From: an uncultured Bacilli bacterium
GTDB lineage: Bacteria > Bacillota_I > Bacilli_A > RF39 > UBA660
Direction: 5' to 3'
DNA: 44,672 nucleotides
NCBI GenBank assembly: GCA_944371315.1
Contig: CALVXN010000005.1
Coordinates: forward strand, 1 to 44,672
In this document: positions 1-9,775 of the stretch, piece by piece
How the letters are laid out: the number at the start of each line of letters is the position of its first letter
How positions within the stretch are numbered: position 1 is the first letter of the stretch
Notes under the pieces: generated by a model
What the model was told of the DNA's origin: nothing
Databases searched by the model: none
Seen by the model: only the letters and a program-made list of their open reading frames with translations
Program-made: the position numbers and the translations under genes

Positions 1-26
1 CTTATATAAATTATTATAGCAATTAA

Positions 27-62
27 AAAAGTAGATCACATTCTATTTTTGTGTCTACTTTT
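27..62 (-). terminator. Intrinsic terminator after the mutS-ABC transporter unit
   Basis: Inverted repeat aaaagtaga.caca / tgtg.tctactttt, followed by a T-run on the minus strand, just downstream of the ABC gene stop. Confidence 0.6.
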
Positions 63-99
63 ATTTTATCAGTTCAAATTTTAAATATAATACTTCTTT

Positions 100-1833
100 T
101 TAATTTTCATTTTTATATAATTTTTTATATAATTCACTATTTTTCATCAAATAATTGTGCTTTCCTTTAGCTACTACTTTACCATTGTCTATTAAATATA
201 TTAAATCTGCATCTATTATGGTAGATAATCTATGTGCAATAATAACCACAGTATGATCAACCACTAAATTATCTATTGCAAGTTTTATTTTTTCTTGATT
301 TTCATTATCAAGAGCACTTGTAGCTTCATCAAACAATAAAATTTTACTTTCTTTAAGTAAAGCTCTAGCTATTGCAATTCTTTGTTTTTGTCCTCCACTT
401 AAATTAACTCCGCCTTCTCCAATAAGAGTATTATATTTATTTGGTAAATTCATTATATATTCATCTATTTCAGCTTTTTTACATACTTCTCGAATTTTTT
501 TTAATGAAATATACTTATCTAAAACTTTAAAATTTTCTATTATACTTCTATTAAATAAAAACGGATCTTGACGAATAATAGCAATATTTTTTCTTAATGA
601 TTCTTCATCAAAATCTTGAAGAGGAATGTCATCAATTAAAATTACTCCTTGATCTGGATCAAAATAACGTAACAATAAATTAAAAATAGAACTTTTTCCT
701 TGCCCACTTTTTCCAACTATTGCTATTTTTTTATTTTTAGGGATTATCAAATTTAAGTTTTCAAAAATATTGTTTTCTTCATTACTATATTTAAATGTAA
801 CATTTTTAAATTCAATTATACCTTCTATATCTGTTTTATTTAAATTTCCAAATGTATTATCTTTGTATAATTTGTTATTTATTATTTCATCAACGCGTTC
901 TACTGATACTTTCATTTTTTGATACGATGAAGATACATTCATCGCCAATTCAACTAAATACATAAATCTATATATGTAATAAGTGATTGCTATAAAAAAT
1001 CCAAATGTATTTTTACCAATTGCAACCAATATTATACATGTTATGAATGCTGCTACTTCTAATATACTGCCCAAAGTATATGTAAGAGCATAATACTTTT
1101 CTTCATCAATCATTTGTTTTTTATTTTTAAAAAATATTATATCAATTATACTTTTAATATTTTTATTTATATTTTCTCTTATTCCTAATGCTCTTATTTC
1201 CCTTATCCCTCTAATTGATTCATTTACCTCAGAAATGGTTTTATCTTTTTCCTTGGTTATTTCCTTTTGGTTTTCTTTTATTAACGGTAAGTATTTAGAT
1301 GAAAAATAATAAAATATAATAAAATATATTATTATTTCTAATGCTATCACCCATGAGTTAAATAAAATATAAATAAATATTAGTAATGCGGATAAAAAAG
1401 TTGTTCCTGCATTTATTAAATGTCTAAATGTTTCTGTTATCGAGCTGGCATCATTTGTTATTCTATTTATATATTCACCACTTGATTTTTCTTCAAATGC
1501 TCTTGCTGGTAATAAACCTACTTTATAATATACTTCATAACTTATCTTAGACATAACATTCATACTTACTTTTTTTATTGAAATTTTCCCTATTTTTTTA
1601 AATACCATATTGTCTAAAATTGATAATACTAAATAAATTATTAATATAATTATTGCTAAAGTATAATTTTTATTAGTAGCATAATCTAGTGATTTTCCAA
1701 TTAAATATCCAAAACTTATTCCTATTATCGAACTAATAAGCAAAAAAATAAAAGATTTAATAAAAAGCAATTTTTCATTATAAAAATACCTTTTAAAAAA
1801 TCTTATTACTTCTTTTGTTTTCATTTTATTCAC
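100..1833 (-). CDS. ABC transporter, fused permease/ATP-binding protein (MsbA/MdlB-like exporter)
   Basis: N-terminal TM helices; Walker A GKSGQGKS, signature LSGGQKQR, Walker B LLFDEATSALD, IAHRLST. Confidence 0.93.
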   Translation of the reverse strand: MNKMKTKEVIRFFKRYFYNEKLLFIKSFIFLLISSIIGISFGYLIGKSLDYATNKNYTLAIIILIIYLVLSILDNMVFKKIGKISIKKVSMNVMSKISYEVYYKVGLLPARAFEEKSSGEYINRITNDASSITETFRHLINAGTTFLSALLIFIYILFNSWVIALEIIIYFIIFYYFSSKYLPLIKENQKEITKEKDKTISEVNESIRGIREIRALGIRENINKNIKSIIDIIFFKNKKQMIDEEKYYALTYTLGSILEVAAFITCIILVAIGKNTFGFFIAITYYIYRFMYLVELAMNVSSSYQKMKVSVERVDEIINNKLYKDNTFGNLNKTDIEGIIEFKNVTFKYSNEENNIFENLNLIIPKNKKIAIVGKSGQGKSSIFNLLLRYFDPDQGVILIDDIPLQDFDEESLRKNIAIIRQDPFLFNRSIIENFKVLDKYISLKKIREVCKKAEIDEYIMNLPNKYNTLIGEGGVNLSGGQKQRIAIARALLKESKILLFDEATSALDNENQEKIKLAIDNLVVDHTVVIIAHRLSTIIDADLIYLIDNGKVVAKGKHNYLMKNSELYKKLYKNEN

Positions 1834-4378
1834 CCTTTTTTATCTTTTTTTGTAGTTCAAATAAATAATTTAATGCCATTATTGGTGTTGTGTTCATTAA
1901 ATCTAAATCTTTTATACTTTCTTTTATTATATCATCTTTTTCTGTTTTTGGCTCTAAATCCATGCTAAGTTGAACTTTTTCTACTGTATTTTTCTTTTTA
2001 GCATTAGTTTCATATTCATTTAATATTTCATTTGCTCTATTTAATAATTTTTCAGGCATATGAGCAAGTCTTGCTACATGTATTCCGTAGCTCTTATCTA
2101 CTGCTCCATTTTTTATTTTATGTAAAAATGTAATTGACTCACCATTGTCTATTGCACTTACATGAATATTTTTTATATTTTTATATTTTTTATCTAATTT
2201 TGTAAGTTCATGATAGTGAGTAGAAAATAAAGTGTAGGCTTTAATATTTTCACTTAAATATTCAAGTATTGCTTGTGCTAAACTCATTCCATCATATGTT
2301 GCCGTTCCTCTTCCTAATTCATCAAATAATATTAAACTGTTTTTTGTAGCTTTACATATTGCATTTCTTGCTTCATTCATTTCGACCATAAATGTTGATT
2401 CGCCACTTACTAAATCATCACTAGCTCCAATTCTAGTAAATATTTTATCAATAATAGGTAAATTAGCACTACTTGCCGGAACAAAAGAACCTATTTGAGC
2501 CATTATAATAATAATTGCTAGTTGCCTCATATAAGTTGATTTACCACTCATGTTAGGTCCAGTTATTAATAACGTATTTATTCCATTATCCATTATACAA
2601 TCATTTGGAACATATTCTTCTTTACTTACTATTTCTACTACGGGATGTCTTCCATCTTTTATATTAATAATACCTATTTCATTTAATGTAGGTCTTACAA
2701 AATTATATTCTTCACTACAAGTTGCAAGAGAAACTAAGACATCAATTTCACTTAAAGTATCAGCGGTTTTAAACAATAGTGGAACAACATTTTTTATATT
2801 ATTTCTAATTTTACAAAATATTTTATATTCCAATGCTATTATATTTTCTTCGGCATTTAAAATTAATGATTCTTTTTCTTTTAAGGCTGGTGATATATAT
2901 CTTTCACAATTTACTAATGTTTGTTTTCTATACCAGTTAAATTCTTCTTTTACTAAATTCTTTTGACCATTTGGAACTTCGATATAATAACCAAATACTT
3001 TATTAAATCCTACTTTTAAACTTTTAATTCCAGTTTCTTCTTTAATTTGAGCTTCAAAGCGTGCAACAAAATCTTTACCACCACTTCTTATATCTCTTAA
3101 TTCATCTAACTCTTTATCATATCCATTTTTTATAATTCCTCCTTCTTTTACACTAATTGGAGGATCTTCTGCTATTGCTTTATCAAGCATTTCAAAAATA
3201 TCAAAATGTGAATTTATTTCATAGTCAAATCCTAACTTTTCTATTTTTTCTTTTATAGCTGGTAGGACACTTAAACTATTTTTAAATTGTAGTAAATCTC
3301 TGGCGTTTAAATTGCCATTTATTGTTTTACCTGCTAACCTTTCTATATCATATACTTCATTTAATAAATTTTTAAGTTCATCTTTAATTATAAATTGATT
3401 ATTTAAGGTTTCTATTTTTTCATATCGACTATTTAACTCTTTTATATCTTTTAAGGGATTTAATAACCAATTTTTAAGTTTTCTGCTTCCCATCGCAGTT
3501 TTACATTTATCAAGTAACCATATTAATGAATATGTTCTTTCTTTTAATCTTATTGTTTCTACTAATTCAAGATTTCGAACAGTATGAATATCCATACTTA
3601 CATATTTACTTTTTTCGATTATTTCTAATTTTTTTATGTAACTTAAATCTTTTAATTGTTTAATATCTAAATAATAAAATAAATGACTAACTCCACTTCT
3701 TACGCGTGGATCTATGATGGTATCTAATAACTCATTATATTTATCTTCTAAAAATTCACCATTTATTGACACTTCAATTTTGTATGTATTTTTTAACAAG
3801 TCTATCAATTGAGTATTTAAATTATCTAATAATACTACTTCTTTAATATTATAATTTAATATTTCATTTAATAAAGTATCAATATTATTTTCAATTGTAA
3901 GTGATGCTAAATATCCCGTTGAAATGTCTAGAATTGTCATAATTATTATATCTTGAAAAAATAATATTCCTGCAATATACGATGAATCTCTTTCATTCAA
4001 TAAGTCATTATCTGCAATAGTTCCTTTACTTATTACATCAACTATACCCCTTTGAACCATTCTATTTCCAACATCCTTTGGATCTTCTAATTGTTCACAT
4101 ATAGCTACTTTATATCCTTTATTAACTAATTTTTCAATGTATGATTTAACATTATTATGAGGAACTCCACACATCGGAACTCTTTCATCTAGCCCTGCAA
4201 CTCTACCAGTTAATGTTAATTCTAGTTCTTTTGATGCTAATAATGCATCATCAAAAAACATTTCATAAAAATCTCCAAGACGATAAAAGACAAGTTCTTC
4301 TGGATACTTATCTTTTATTTCCATGTATTGTTTCATCATGGGACTTAATTTATTTCTATCTACTTCACTACGTTTCAT
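1826..4378 (-). CDS. mutS: DNA mismatch repair protein MutS
   Basis: SPMMKQY, GDFYEMFF mismatch-binding motif, ITGPNMSGKSTYMRQ Walker A, DELGRGT, STHYHEL. Confidence 0.97.
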   Translation of the reverse strand: MKRSEVDRNKLSPMMKQYMEIKDKYPEELVFYRLGDFYEMFFDDALLASKELELTLTGRVAGLDERVPMCGVPHNNVKSYIEKLVNKGYKVAICEQLEDPKDVGNRMVQRGIVDVISKGTIADNDLLNERDSSYIAGILFFQDIIIMTILDISTGYLASLTIENNIDTLLNEILNYNIKEVVLLDNLNTQLIDLLKNTYKIEVSINGEFLEDKYNELLDTIIDPRVRSGVSHLFYYLDIKQLKDLSYIKKLEIIEKSKYVSMDIHTVRNLELVETIRLKERTYSLIWLLDKCKTAMGSRKLKNWLLNPLKDIKELNSRYEKIETLNNQFIIKDELKNLLNEVYDIERLAGKTINGNLNARDLLQFKNSLSVLPAIKEKIEKLGFDYEINSHFDIFEMLDKAIAEDPPISVKEGGIIKNGYDKELDELRDIRSGGKDFVARFEAQIKEETGIKSLKVGFNKVFGYYIEVPNGQKNLVKEEFNWYRKQTLVNCERYISPALKEKESLILNAEENIIALEYKIFCKIRNNIKNVVPLLFKTADTLSEIDVLVSLATCSEEYNFVRPTLNEIGIINIKDGRHPVVEIVSKEEYVPNDCIMDNGINTLLITGPNMSGKSTYMRQLAIIIIMAQIGSFVPASSANLPIIDKIFTRIGASDDLVSGESTFMVEMNEARNAICKATKNSLILFDELGRGTATYDGMSLAQAILEYLSENIKAYTLFSTHYHELTKLDKKYKNIKNIHVSAIDNGESITFLHKIKNGAVDKSYGIHVARLAHMPEKLLNRANEILNEYETNAKKKNTVEKVQLSMDLEPKTEKDDIIKESIKDLDLMNTTPIMALNYLFELQKKIKKGE

Positions 4379-4422
4379 AATACTTCTAAAACTCCCAAAA
4401 GTATTATATCACGTATTGCAAA

Positions 4423-6135
4423 TTATTTAAAATGTTTTAACTTTTTCTTTTGCGGCAAAATATAATCATATCTTGTTATACTTATATTAGTGTTAGGTAT
4501 TTTTACTTTTATTTTTTCATTTGTTACTTTTATATTAATTATATCTTTATCATTTTTTATTTCAAATGGTATTTCTTTATCCATAACTTGATATCCTACA
4601 CTGGCTTTTGTTTCTTTTAAAATATATTTACCTAATAATAAATTCTCTATTTCTATTATCCCATCATTGTTTGTTATACCTTTTTCTATTTCTTCTGAGT
4701 TTTCATTCATTAAAATAAATTCTGTTCCTTCAATCGGATTACCTAATCCATCTACTTTTTTTATTATTAATTTTCCTTTTTTATAATAATTTATTATATT
4801 CAAATTTATAGTTTCTATCGCATTTGTTTTATCATTTAATTTTAATTCTATAACATATTCTTCATTATCATTTATAAAATTACCATTATCATTAAATTCT
4901 CTTATTATGTATTTCCCTATCAATAAATCATCAAAAATTATTTTTCCAAAGCTATTTGTATTTTTTATGTCTATTAATTCTTTTTTTTCGTTATATATTC
5001 CAAATTTTATATTTTCTAAAAATTTTCCATCTTCTGATGTTTTTATAATTTCAATTTTTCCTTTTTTGGGCTCATTAAAAAATTCTAGTTTTATTTCATT
5101 TGAGTCTTTAAGTGAAAACAATATACTTTCATTATTTACTTCATAACCATCAATAACCTGTTTATCATTTTCTTTTAATATATAATTTCCAATTGGCAAG
5201 CTCTTTATTTTAATTTCACCATTTTTATCTGTTTTAGCATTCATTATAAAAGTCCCATCTTCTTTATATATATTAAATTCTATTCCTTCTATTTGAAGTG
5301 TTTTATTAGTTTCTTTATCTTTTTTAATTATATTTAAGTTTGTTTCATTAACTTTAAATATTATGTCAAAATCTTCCGGAATAAAACTGCCTGCTGCTAA
5401 AACTTTTTGACTTTCATTATCAAAATATAATATGGGATATTCATTATATAAATTATCTTCTTTACGAAGTGTTATTTTATTTTCGCCAATTATATTTCCA
5501 GTAATTATTAACTTGTTATTTTCTATTTTTACACTTTCATTATTTTCAATAATATAATTATTTAAAACATTATTTGTATCATCAAACTTTTTTGTTTCTC
5601 CATAAGTAAGTTCTATATTTCCTAAATTTGGTTTTTTATTATGATTTTCTACTAGTTTATATATTTCTGCTATTTCATTCGCAAATATATTTTCATTATT
5701 ATTACCATTCAAACCATCAGTAAAATAAAACCGAGCATTTTTATCTATTTCTCGCCATATAAGAACCTGTGTAATATAATACCAATAGTCTTCTTTATGA
5801 TTGTTATATTGATATCCATAGTATGCTATTAGATTTATTTTATTCCATATTTCATTTGAAATGTTTAACTTTTCTAAATAATTATTTTTTACTATTTCAT
5901 ATTTACTATTATTAATTAAACTAATAAATGGCTCTAAACAATATACTGCAACATTATCACTTTTTCTTCTAATAAATATTCCTTGTTTCGTTTTTTCATT
6001 ACCATGTTCATCTATTTTTCTTATATATACATTGCTTATTTTTTCACCTGTATATATTTCTTCTAATGCATTTGCTTTTACATTTAATGAATAAAATGAT
6101 AATAAAGCAAGTAATAGTAAGCTTCTTTTTAACAT
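4423..6135 (-). CDS. Secreted adhesin-like protein: Cys-Gln thioester (TED/TQXA-like) domain plus SpaA/CnaB prealbumin-like repeats
   Basis: Signal peptide ending VKA; VYCLEP and YITQVLIW motifs; three repeats of the K.D/S...G..F...T...G.I....L..G.Y...E pattern; C-terminal IPNT. Confidence 0.8.
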   Translation of the reverse strand: MLKRSLLLLALLSFYSLNVKANALEEIYTGEKISNVYIRKIDEHGNEKTKQGIFIRRKSDNVAVYCLEPFISLINNSKYEIVKNNYLEKLNISNEIWNKINLIAYYGYQYNNHKEDYWYYITQVLIWREIDKNARFYFTDGLNGNNNENIFANEIAEIYKLVENHNKKPNLGNIELTYGETKKFDDTNNVLNNYIIENNESVKIENNKLIITGNIIGENKITLRKEDNLYNEYPILYFDNESQKVLAAGSFIPEDFDIIFKVNETNLNIIKKDKETNKTLQIEGIEFNIYKEDGTFIMNAKTDKNGEIKIKSLPIGNYILKENDKQVIDGYEVNNESILFSLKDSNEIKLEFFNEPKKGKIEIIKTSEDGKFLENIKFGIYNEKKELIDIKNTNSFGKIIFDDLLIGKYIIREFNDNGNFINDNEEYVIELKLNDKTNAIETINLNIINYYKKGKLIIKKVDGLGNPIEGTEFILMNENSEEIEKGITNNDGIIEIENLLLGKYILKETKASVGYQVMDKEIPFEIKNDKDIINIKVTNEKIKVKIPNTNISITRYDYILPQKKKLKHFK

Positions 6136-6258
6136 AATTCTCCTTTTCTAATTATTACAATGCTTACTATTTCCTTTAAAAATTCACCTCCTTTTCCCTT
6201 TCTATAAATAATTATTTTAAATTTGCTTCTAATTTCCTTTTTATTTTATTTTATTTTT

Positions 6259-7107
6259 TTACATTTTACTTATTTCTTTTTTACTTAATCCAGTTGCTTT
6301 AATTATAGTATCTATTGGCATTCCTAAATTAAGTAAATTTTTAGCTATATTTCTTTTTTCTATTTTTAGTCCTTTTTTAACACCCTTTTCCATGCCCTCT
6401 TCTAATGCATCTTCTCTAATTGATTTCTTTTCGATCATTTCATCTAATTCTTGATCATAGTAAAACCTAATTGTTTCCCTTTTTATTAAATCATCTCTTA
6501 TTTTTTCTGCTTCCATTAATACTTCATCTCCTTTTATAAATTCATTTATTTCTTTTTTTTCATATCTTGTTATTAATAAATACAATAAATATTTTTCTAA
6601 TTTTTTTATTTTTTTTCCTTCTTTATAATTTTTCTTTTCATATTCTAAATAGATTTCATACACTTTTATTGTTTGGGTATATATATCATTATTTTTATTT
6701 TTTAATACATAACTACTAAATTTTTGAGGCTTATCTAATTTGCTTTTGTATGCATTTATATTAAATAATATTAAATTTTTTTCCTCATCCCAATAAGTTT
6801 TGCTTGCAAATATGGCACATAAATATTTTAATTTATTTTCTTTCATTTTTTTATAATAGTTTCTATTCATTTCAAATACTATTATTATATTATCTATGCT
6901 TATCATACAATCGGTCATTTTCTTTTTTTCTTTATTTGCATTTTCCGTTATTATTTCTGAATCTAATATTTTTAAATTTTCCCTTACATATTCTTTATCT
7001 ATTTTTAATAATTCTGAAACTATACTTATTAAATAGTTAAAACATTCTTTGCTTTTAAAATATATTTTAAATAATGTATCATATGTTAAATCTAAACTTT
7101 CCAACAA
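6259..7107 (-). CDS. Rpn/YhgA-like PD-(D/E)XK nuclease family protein, copy 1 (TTG start)
   Basis: D..FK..F N-terminus, TD...FEMN core, EEG.EKG repeats and IAKNLL..G....I...TGLS C-terminal tail typical of PDDEXK_2/Rpn; SD GGGAGG upstream of TTG. Confidence 0.8.
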   Translation of the reverse strand: MLESLDLTYDTLFKIYFKSKECFNYLISIVSELLKIDKEYVRENLKILDSEIITENANKEKKKMTDCMISIDNIIIVFEMNRNYYKKMKENKLKYLCAIFASKTYWDEEKNLILFNINAYKSKLDKPQKFSSYVLKNKNNDIYTQTIKVYEIYLEYEKKNYKEGKKIKKLEKYLLYLLITRYEKKEINEFIKGDEVLMEAEKIRDDLIKRETIRFYYDQELDEMIEKKSIREDALEEGMEKGVKKGLKIEKRNIAKNLLNLGMPIDTIIKATGLSKKEISKM

Positions 7108-7979
7108 AACCTCCCTTTATTTTTCCTACATTTTACTTATTTCTTTTTTACTTAATCCAGTTGCTTTAATTATAGTATCTATTGGCATTCCTAAATTAAT
7201 TAGATTCTTAGCAATATTCTTTTTCTCTTTTTCCATGCCCTCTTCTAATGCATCTTCCCTAATTGATTTCTTTTCTATCATTTCATCTAATTCTTGATCA
7301 TAGTAAAACCTAATTGTTTCTCTTTTTATTAAATCATCTCTTATTTTTTCTGCTTCCATTAATACTTCATCTCCTTTTATAAATTCATTTATTTCTTTTT
7401 TTTCATATCTTGTTATTAATAAATACAATAAATATTTTTCTAATTTTTTTATTTTTTTTCCTTCTTTATAATTTTTCTTTTCATATTCTAAATAGATTTC
7501 ATACACTTTTATTGTTTGGGTATATATATCATTATTTTTATTTTTTAATACATAACTACTAAATTTTTGAGGCTTATCTAATTTGCTTTTGTATGCATTT
7601 ATATTAAATAATATTAAATTTTTTTCCTCATCCCAATAAGTTTTGCTTGCAAATATGGCACATAAATATTTTAATTTATTTTCTTTCATTTTTTTATAAT
7701 AGTTTCTATTCATTTCAAATACTATTATTATATTATCTATGCTTATCATACAATCGGTCATTTTCTTTTTTTCTTTATTTGCATTTTCCGTTATTATTTC
7801 TGAATCTAATATTTTTAAATTTTCCCTTACATATTCTTTATCTATTTTTAATAATTCTGAAACTATACTTATTAAATAGTTAAAACATTCTTTGCTTTTA
7901 AAATATATTTTAAATAATGTATCATATGTTAAATCTAAACTTTCCAACAAAACCTCCCTTTATTTTCCTACATTTTACT
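6260..7979. repeat. Tandem direct duplication (843-bp offset over most of its length) carrying the two near-identical Rpn genes
   Basis: 6481-7120 is essentially identical to 7324-7963. The differences, including a 24-nt indel, cluster in the 3' part of the genes. Confidence 0.92.
7126..7950 (-). CDS. Rpn/YhgA-like PD-(D/E)XK nuclease family protein, copy 2 (TTG start)
   Basis: Identical to copy 1 up to EEGMEK, then lacks 8 aa; same C-terminus TGLSKKEISKM. Confidence 0.8.
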   Translation of the reverse strand: MLESLDLTYDTLFKIYFKSKECFNYLISIVSELLKIDKEYVRENLKILDSEIITENANKEKKKMTDCMISIDNIIIVFEMNRNYYKKMKENKLKYLCAIFASKTYWDEEKNLILFNINAYKSKLDKPQKFSSYVLKNKNNDIYTQTIKVYEIYLEYEKKNYKEGKKIKKLEKYLLYLLITRYEKKEINEFIKGDEVLMEAEKIRDDLIKRETIRFYYDQELDEMIEKKSIREDALEEGMEKEKKNIAKNLINLGMPIDTIIKATGLSKKEISKM

Positions 7980-8655
7980 AATTTCTTTTTTACTCAATCC
8001 AGTTATAGATGATATTAAATCTATTGATAAACCATGTTCTTTCATACTTTTAGCATTATTTATTTTTTCTTTTTTTAAACCCTTTTCCATTCCAATTTTT
8101 GTTGCATATTCCAATTTCATGTTTTCTTCTAATCTTCTTTCATATTCAGGGTCAAAATCCCATATGAACTCTTCATTTTCTTCTAATCTTTTTCTTTCTT
8201 TTTCTATTTCCATTAATACTTCATTTCCCTTTATTAATTTTTTTATTATTTTTTCACCTTCAATACTTGTTAAATACAAATATAATAAATACTTTTCTAA
8301 TTTACTTATTGTAAATTCATCATACCATTTTTTATATATTTCAACAAGACTTATTTCATATATTTTTATAGCGTCAGTATATAAATTTTCATAGTTTTCT
8401 TGTAATTTATATTCACTTCTATTTTCAATATTTTTAAATCTATTTATGTTTACTAATATTATCTTCTTTGGTTCGTATTTTTCACCCTTTCTAAAACAAT
8501 TATTATATGTTGATGTTACATATCTTAATTTTAATTCTCTATAATTTTCATAATAGCTTCTATTCATTTCAATTATAATTACAAATTCATCTATTAATAT
8601 TATACAATCAGATATTTTTCCTTTTTCTTAGTAAAATCAATATTTTTGTGCACAT
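7968..8655 (-). pseudogene. Diverged third Rpn-family copy, 5'-truncated or frameshifted (intact frame 7968-8567 extends upstream to about 8627)
   Basis: In-frame upstream residues KISDCIILIDEFVIIIEMNR align with KMTDCMISIDNIIIVFEMNR of copies 1 and 2, then a TAA intervenes. The SD GGGAGG + ATG at 8655 is in a different frame. Same C-terminus TGLSKKEISKM. Confidence 0.65.
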
Positions 8656-8718
8656 ATTCCTCCCTTCACTTATATATCTTTCTTATTTATTTTTACTTTC
8701 CTTTTTTAAACAATAAAA

Positions 8719-8739
8719 AAACAACTTTTTTAGTTGTTT
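8719..8739 (-). terminator. Probable terminator after ylbL
   Basis: aaacaact/agttgttt inverted repeat overlapping the stop codon, followed by a T-run on the minus strand. Confidence 0.45.
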
Positions 8740-9734
8740 AAGTATTCTAATGCTTCATCAAAAGTATTTACCCCATGTATATCTATATCTAAATCAAATT
8801 CTTCTTTAACTTTTATCGTTTCTTCATAATTTTCCATTGGACAAATAAATATATCAGCATCATTTTTTACTGCTCCTAGTATTTTATATTTAACTCCATC
8901 TATTGCACCAACTTCACCATTAATTTCAATTGTTCCAGTTCCAACAATAGTTCTTCCTTTTGTAATATCTTCTTTTGTTAATGCATTATAAATTGCTAAA
9001 CTAAGCATTAATCCTCCACTAGAACCTGATTCACTTGCTTTTGTTTTAACATCAATCGAAGGATCAGTTTCATATTCATAAGTAGTTAAAAAAGATATTC
9101 CAACCTTTAATCCATCAGCTGTTTCATATATTTTGGCACTACATTCCTTTTCTTTATTATTTCTTATTACTTTTAATTTTATGGTATCTCCAGCTTCTTT
9201 TTCATTTACAATTTTTTTTACTTCATCTATATTTGTTACTTCAACACCTTCAACACTTATAAGCTCGTCATACATTTTTAAATCAGTTTCTGCATCATCT
9301 GCTATATATATTATATTATTTACTTTTTTAGTTATTTTTAACTCTTTTCCAGCCTTTTCATAAGCAAGTATAGTTGCATTATTAATTGATGATTGCATAT
9401 ATAATTTTTCTAATTCTATTAAATCATCTACTGATTCGTCTTCCCTAGTTATTTCGTCTTTATCTATTAAATCCCAATTAGGTATAATATATGAAAGTAA
9501 AATCATCGGAGCTGTTCCTTTGACAAGGGATACATAACTCATATTAAGTGACCCATCAGATTCATAAGCATCATCGACACTTATTCTTTTTTCTAAATTA
9601 ACTATTCCCCCAGGAGTATATATTACATAAGGAAATTCATAAAAAAACAAAAAAATAATTATACCCCAAATAATTAAAAATTTATAATTTTCAACAATAA
9701 AACTTTTTATACCATCATATAATTTATTAAACAA
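8730..9734 (-). CDS. ylbL: YlbL/SepM-family PDZ + Lon-like (S16) serine protease
   Basis: PYVIYTPGG N-terminus, PDZ region, SGSSGGLM catalytic Ser motif, GTGTI..G.VG.I.GV.YK; divergent from ylbJ, which is near ylbL in Bacillus. Confidence 0.8.
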   Translation of the reverse strand: MFNKLYDGIKSFIVENYKFLIIWGIIIFLFFYEFPYVIYTPGGIVNLEKRISVDDAYESDGSLNMSYVSLVKGTAPMILLSYIIPNWDLIDKDEITREDESVDDLIELEKLYMQSSINNATILAYEKAGKELKITKKVNNIIYIADDAETDLKMYDELISVEGVEVTNIDEVKKIVNEKEAGDTIKLKVIRNNKEKECSAKIYETADGLKVGISFLTTYEYETDPSIDVKTKASESGSSGGLMLSLAIYNALTKEDITKGRTIVGTGTIEINGEVGAIDGVKYKILGAVKNDADIFICPMENYEETIKVKEEFDLDIDIHGVNTFDEALEYLNN

Positions 9735-9775
9735 TTAAATCACCTAATTAATTATAGCAAAAAAAGGATAGTTAT

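Noticed and set aside
100-1833. ABC exporter in place of mutL downstream of mutS as a special system
   Set aside because: mutS and mutL are often unlinked, and there is no evidence of a functional connection beyond gene overlap.
6259-7950. Rpn copies 1 and 2 as a DGR TR/VR pair
   Set aside because: Both are full coding genes. The differences go in both directions, are partly synonymous and include an indel, so they are not adenine-specific.
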